A DNA stretch of 64,000 nucleotides, taken from IMG/VR virus record IMGVR_UViG_3300048817_000084; one strand, 5' to 3'. Below, in pieces: positions 61,505 through 64,000 of the stretch. The translations under genes and the position numbers were made by a program. Each line of letters begins with the position of its first letter. Within the stretch, counting starts at the first letter, position 1. The notes under the pieces are model-generated. The model searched no databases. It was not told where the DNA came from and was given only the letters and a program-made list of their open reading frames with translations. This DNA is from a virus.

Positions 61505-61737
61505 GCTGCACCCGGATCAAAAGTCTCTTGGCAGCCGGTAATGGCAAGGGTTTTCATTTCGCCGCCGCCGAGCGCTGTGGCAGCAAACGAACGTTGCATC
61601 CCTTCCGGGTAGGTGTGATCGCGGATAATAGTCAGCGTGGCTTCCAACTCTTTCACGCGGGCTCGCTCGGCAATCAGGTCATCGGCGATGCGATTGGCTG
61701 TGACGCTTAAGCTATCAATGGCTTCGTCCAGGCTCAT
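61501..61737 (-). CDS. hypothetical protein (78 aa), mosaic family
   Basis: ATGA overlap at 61737. Begins MSLDEA and ends ITGCQETFDPGAA. Confidence 0.45.
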   Translation of the reverse strand: MSLDEAIDSLSVTANRIADDLIAERARVKELEATLTIIRDHTYPEGMQRSFAATALGGGEMKTLAITGCQETFDPGAA

Positions 61738-62008
61738 AGCGCACCGCCGTTGTACGTAATAGCGCGAGATACGCGGTCGCATTTCTCTTGCAGTTCCTGC
61801 AGCTCGAAGTTCCGACGCGTCTCATCTGCCCATTCGATTGAGCCGTTTAGGATGCGCGCGAGCTGCTCTTCTGTGCAATCAAAGCTCGCGGGATTCCCTT
61901 TGTACTCAAACAGGGACCGAGCCATCTTTGCTCCAAGAGAGGTCCCCCTAACTGGGGCAACAGGGAAGAACTCGCCATTAACGCCATAGAGGCTCATAGC
62001 GCACCGCC
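61730..62008. repeat. 19-nt perfect repeat pair spanning two gene junctions
   Basis: aggctcatagcgcaccgcc occurs at 61730-61748 and 61990-62008. Each copy contains an ATGA stop/start overlap. Confidence 0.9.
61734..61997 (-). CDS. hypothetical protein (87 aa), mosaic family
   Basis: Begins MSLYGV and ends NGGAL. The junction sequence is duplicated. Confidence 0.5.
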   Translation of the reverse strand: MSLYGVNGEFFPVAPVRGTSLGAKMARSLFEYKGNPASFDCTEEQLARILNGSIEWADETRRNFELQELQEKCDRVSRAITYNGGAL

Positions 62009-62278
62009 CGGATCAAAAGTCTCTTGGCAGCCATCCACTGTCTTCTCGGTCAAAACGCCTACCTTGTAGCCCAAGTAACGTTCGTAGATGCAGGTGACCT
62101 TGCCGGTTGTGTTCGCGAGCTGCTGCGCCCTTGCTCTCAGCTTGTCGTATGCCAGGTCTTGCCAGGGGGCGTTGGGGATCTCAACTGTTGCATTAGGGGT
62201 TGAAGTTCCAATGAGACTATTACAACCAGTTTCTCTGGAACCAGTTCTGACGATCGTGTTGGTTTTTGCAGTTTGCAT
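61994..62278 (-). CDS. hypothetical protein (94 aa), mosaic family
   Basis: Ends DGCQETFDPGGAL. Shares a 26-nt perfect repeat with the gene at 61501. Confidence 0.5.
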   Translation of the reverse strand: MQTAKTNTIVRTGSRETGCNSLIGTSTPNATVEIPNAPWQDLAYDKLRARAQQLANTTGKVTCIYERYLGYKVGVLTEKTVDGCQETFDPGGAL

Positions 62279-62300
62279 TGCAATCTCACTTTTGGTGCGG

Positions 62301-62513
62301 TTAGCTGGCTTTGCGGAACTTGATGTCGGTGGTTATTTCGCGGACGAAACCGAACGCCAGGGCAACGCTTTCGCTGATACCGATGTTGCCCAAGCGTACG
62401 TCGGAGAGAACCGAAGAGCTGATGCCTTTAAGGCGAGATACTGCGCGAAGAGAGGATCGGCTGATCTCTTTTTCGATCTCAGCAACCACGTCTTCTTTTG
62501 TGTAAGTTTTCAT
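62301..62513 (-). CDS. HTH protein, Xis/Cro-like by position (70 aa)
   Basis: Internal ATG at 62513. HTH SLRAVSRLKGISSSVLSDV. Lies directly downstream of the integrase. Confidence 0.5.
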   Translation of the reverse strand: MKTYTKEDVVAEIEKEISRSSLRAVSRLKGISSSVLSDVRLGNIGISESVALAFGFVREITTDIKFRKAS

Positions 62514-63594
62514 CACGAACACTACCGTACGCGTTGCGGACGGACACGTCAAGTGCTATTTCAGAAATCTTTTCAACAGGCTTTTTCTCGTGAATGCGGG
62601 GCACATCGAGCGCTTCCAGCGCGGCCAGCTTGGTGTCATACTGCTGAATACTGTATCTGTCCTGCATGGCTTGCGAGATGTGCCCAGCGATCTCTTTTGA
62701 TACCTGCGGATGCACGGCAGGGTTACTGAGCAGCTTCGTGATGGCCTGCACGCGGCAATCATACACGCGGAACTTGGGCAGGCCAGCCTCGGTGCGGATG
62801 CGGTTGAATGCCGTGGTAATGGCCAGCATGGGCTCGTCGAATAGCCACGGACCCTGTGGCACCCGTGGCCTGTGGGGCAAGATGAATTCGCTTTCATGCT
62901 CGCCACCCAAGTCTTCCCAGCGATCGAGTATCCAGCACATAGAGTCATAGGCCGCTTGGTTCATGGGGATGGTGCGGTCACGGTAGTCGTTCTTCGCGCC
63001 ATCCCTGACGAGGACGCACTTGCGCCGCATGTCAACATCCCGTCGCCTGACGTGCCGCAGCTCGCCAAAGCCCATCGTGGTGCTCAGCATGATCAACATG
63101 CAATGGCCGGCCAGGCGCCACTTGGGCTTAGAGAAAGCGACCTCTCGCAGGATGCGCTCTTCCTCGGCACTGATGCTGTGGCCGCCGCGTCTCTTGGGCA
63201 CACGCATAGGCCGGTAGAGATCCGCAAGCGGCTTCCAACATCGAGCTTCTTTCAAGATCATTTGCAAGACGCCAACCTCGCCATTGAGCAGGTAAGGCCC
63301 AGCAACCTTGGCGCGCACCGCCTGGTAGGCGCGGATATGCCCGATGTGGATGTCTTTGATCAGAACACTACCCAGGTTGGCCGTGAGCAGCTTAATGCAG
63401 GCTTTGTAGTTTCTGATGGTGTTGGGTTTGATGTATCGCTGATGTTGCTCAAGCCACAATTCCGCGGCTCGAGGAAAAGGCAGAGAGAACAGCACAACTT
63501 CATCCATTGCAGCAGCACGCTCTCGCTCAACCTTCGCCGGGTCGAGCAGGCGTGAATGAGTCTGTGAAGGAGCGTCGCCAAATGTATTCGTCAT
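62479..63594 (-). CDS. int: tyrosine recombinase / integrase
   Basis: Core-binding-like N-terminal half. Catalytic-domain pattern GELRHVRRRDV ... YDCRVQAITKLL ... IAGHIS ... DRYS (R, R, H, Y). Start chosen at MTNTFGD. Confidence 0.8.
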   Translation of the reverse strand: MTNTFGDAPSQTHSRLLDPAKVERERAAAMDEVVLFSLPFPRAAELWLEQHQRYIKPNTIRNYKACIKLLTANLGSVLIKDIHIGHIRAYQAVRAKVAGPYLLNGEVGVLQMILKEARCWKPLADLYRPMRVPKRRGGHSISAEEERILREVAFSKPKWRLAGHCMLIMLSTTMGFGELRHVRRRDVDMRRKCVLVRDGAKNDYRDRTIPMNQAAYDSMCWILDRWEDLGGEHESEFILPHRPRVPQGPWLFDEPMLAITTAFNRIRTEAGLPKFRVYDCRVQAITKLLSNPAVHPQVSKEIAGHISQAMQDRYSIQQYDTKLAALEALDVPRIHEKKPVEKISEIALDVSVRNAYGSVRDENLHKRRRGC

Positions 63595-63735
63595 CGTGGG
63601 CCCAGTCAATTCGGCCGTTCTCTTTGTTGCGGATCGGCAACGAAATGACTGTACTCGCCGGGCTTTATAGGTACATTGTCCTGTTGGAAACACTGAGGTA
63701 ATCAGCCGGGTAACCGTTTCGTATGAGAAACGCGA

Positions 63736-63909
63736 TTATTTGGCGGTGCAGGTGGGGATATGGGTACGCAGGGCACGAGCGCCAAAGGGCTTGGCACATT
63801 TAGGGCAAGGCCGCAGTTTGGGTTTCCGGCCAGCGCCCGCTCCAGACCTGGCGATCGAACGGGCGATGGCGGATTTCGAGATGTGCTGGTGGCAGCGAGG
63901 ACAATTCAT
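63736..63909 (-). CDS. 57-aa zinc-ribbon protein
   Basis: Not in the ORF track. Translation MNCPRCHQH...RPCPKCAKPF... Confidence 0.4.
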   Translation of the reverse strand: MNCPRCHQHISKSAIARSIARSGAGAGRKPKLRPCPKCAKPFGARALRTHIPTCTAK

Positions 63910-63912
63910 GGA

Positions 63913-64000
63913 TTAGCGCGATGCGATATAGGCATCGACGCTGGAGCGCACGCCAGGTTCGCGCTTCATGCATTCGCACTCAAATTCTGCGCGCGCAGTC
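63913..64000 (-). CDS. 3' end of a gene that continues beyond the window
   Basis: Open frame from the window edge to TAA at 63913-63915 (...TARAEFECECMKREPGVRSSVDAYIASR). Confidence 0.3.
   Translation of the reverse strand, partial: TARAEFECECMKREPGVRSSVDAYIASR

Larger units (their letters stand above)
61511..62032. repeat. 26-nt perfect repeat pair at the 3' ends of two early genes
   Basis: cccggatcaaaagtctcttggcagcc occurs at 61511-61536 and 62007-62032. Confidence 0.9.

Noticed and set aside
1-64000. CRISPR arrays, rRNA, tRNA or tmRNA genes and att direct repeats.
   Set aside because: There are no regularly spaced repeats. No T-loop-like GGTTCGAATCC-type motif occurs in a plausible 70-90-nt context. 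No repeat was found between the int-proximal spacer (63595-63735) and the left end. This was a scan by eye only, so tRNAscan-SE and a repeat finder should confirm it.

Overview
The whole 64-kb window looks like one temperate, podovirus-like prophage in a moderately GC-rich genome. The host lineage cannot be determined from the window, and neither prophage end nor an att site is visible. All family names are from reading the translations by eye, because no homology search was possible.

Layout:
- 117-2097: small + strand genes joined by 4-nt start/stop overlaps.
- 2399-27786: an unusual ~25-kb array of large + strand proteins. Each starts with a Sec-type signal peptide and continues as a beta-helix, tail-fibre or Ig-domain protein. 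Four of them share a ~165-aa N-terminal domain.
- 12761-16484: a lysis-type cassette that interrupts this array (tail-anchored coiled-coil proteins, a GH108/PG_binding_3-like muramidase, small TM proteins, an LL-H-holin-like protein).
- 27787-49435: a T7-order structural module: portal-like, scaffold-like, capsid-like plus terminator, adaptor/nozzle-like, Ala/Gln-rich ejection-like proteins, terS, terL.
- 49454-63594: one long minus-strand operon running from the integrase. It goes through an Xis/Cro-like HTH, many tiny ATGA-coupled ORFs, HNH, Erf, a PD-(D/E)XK exonuclease, DUF1064-like and GH13-like proteins and coiled-coil paralogues. It ends in a distal cargo of exported proteins (Tat beta-propeller, catalytically dead SGNH lipoprotein).

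I saw no rRNA, tRNA, CRISPR array or reverse transcriptase.

The most interesting signals are:
- the signal-peptide-bearing fibre/depolymerase array with its embedded muramidase/holin cassette;
- modular N- and C-terminal domain sharing among the array proteins;
- CTG and ATT starts overlapping upstream stop codons;
- an A8 slippery tract that could fuse two lysis-cassette proteins;
- several recombination scars (perfect short repeats at gene junctions).
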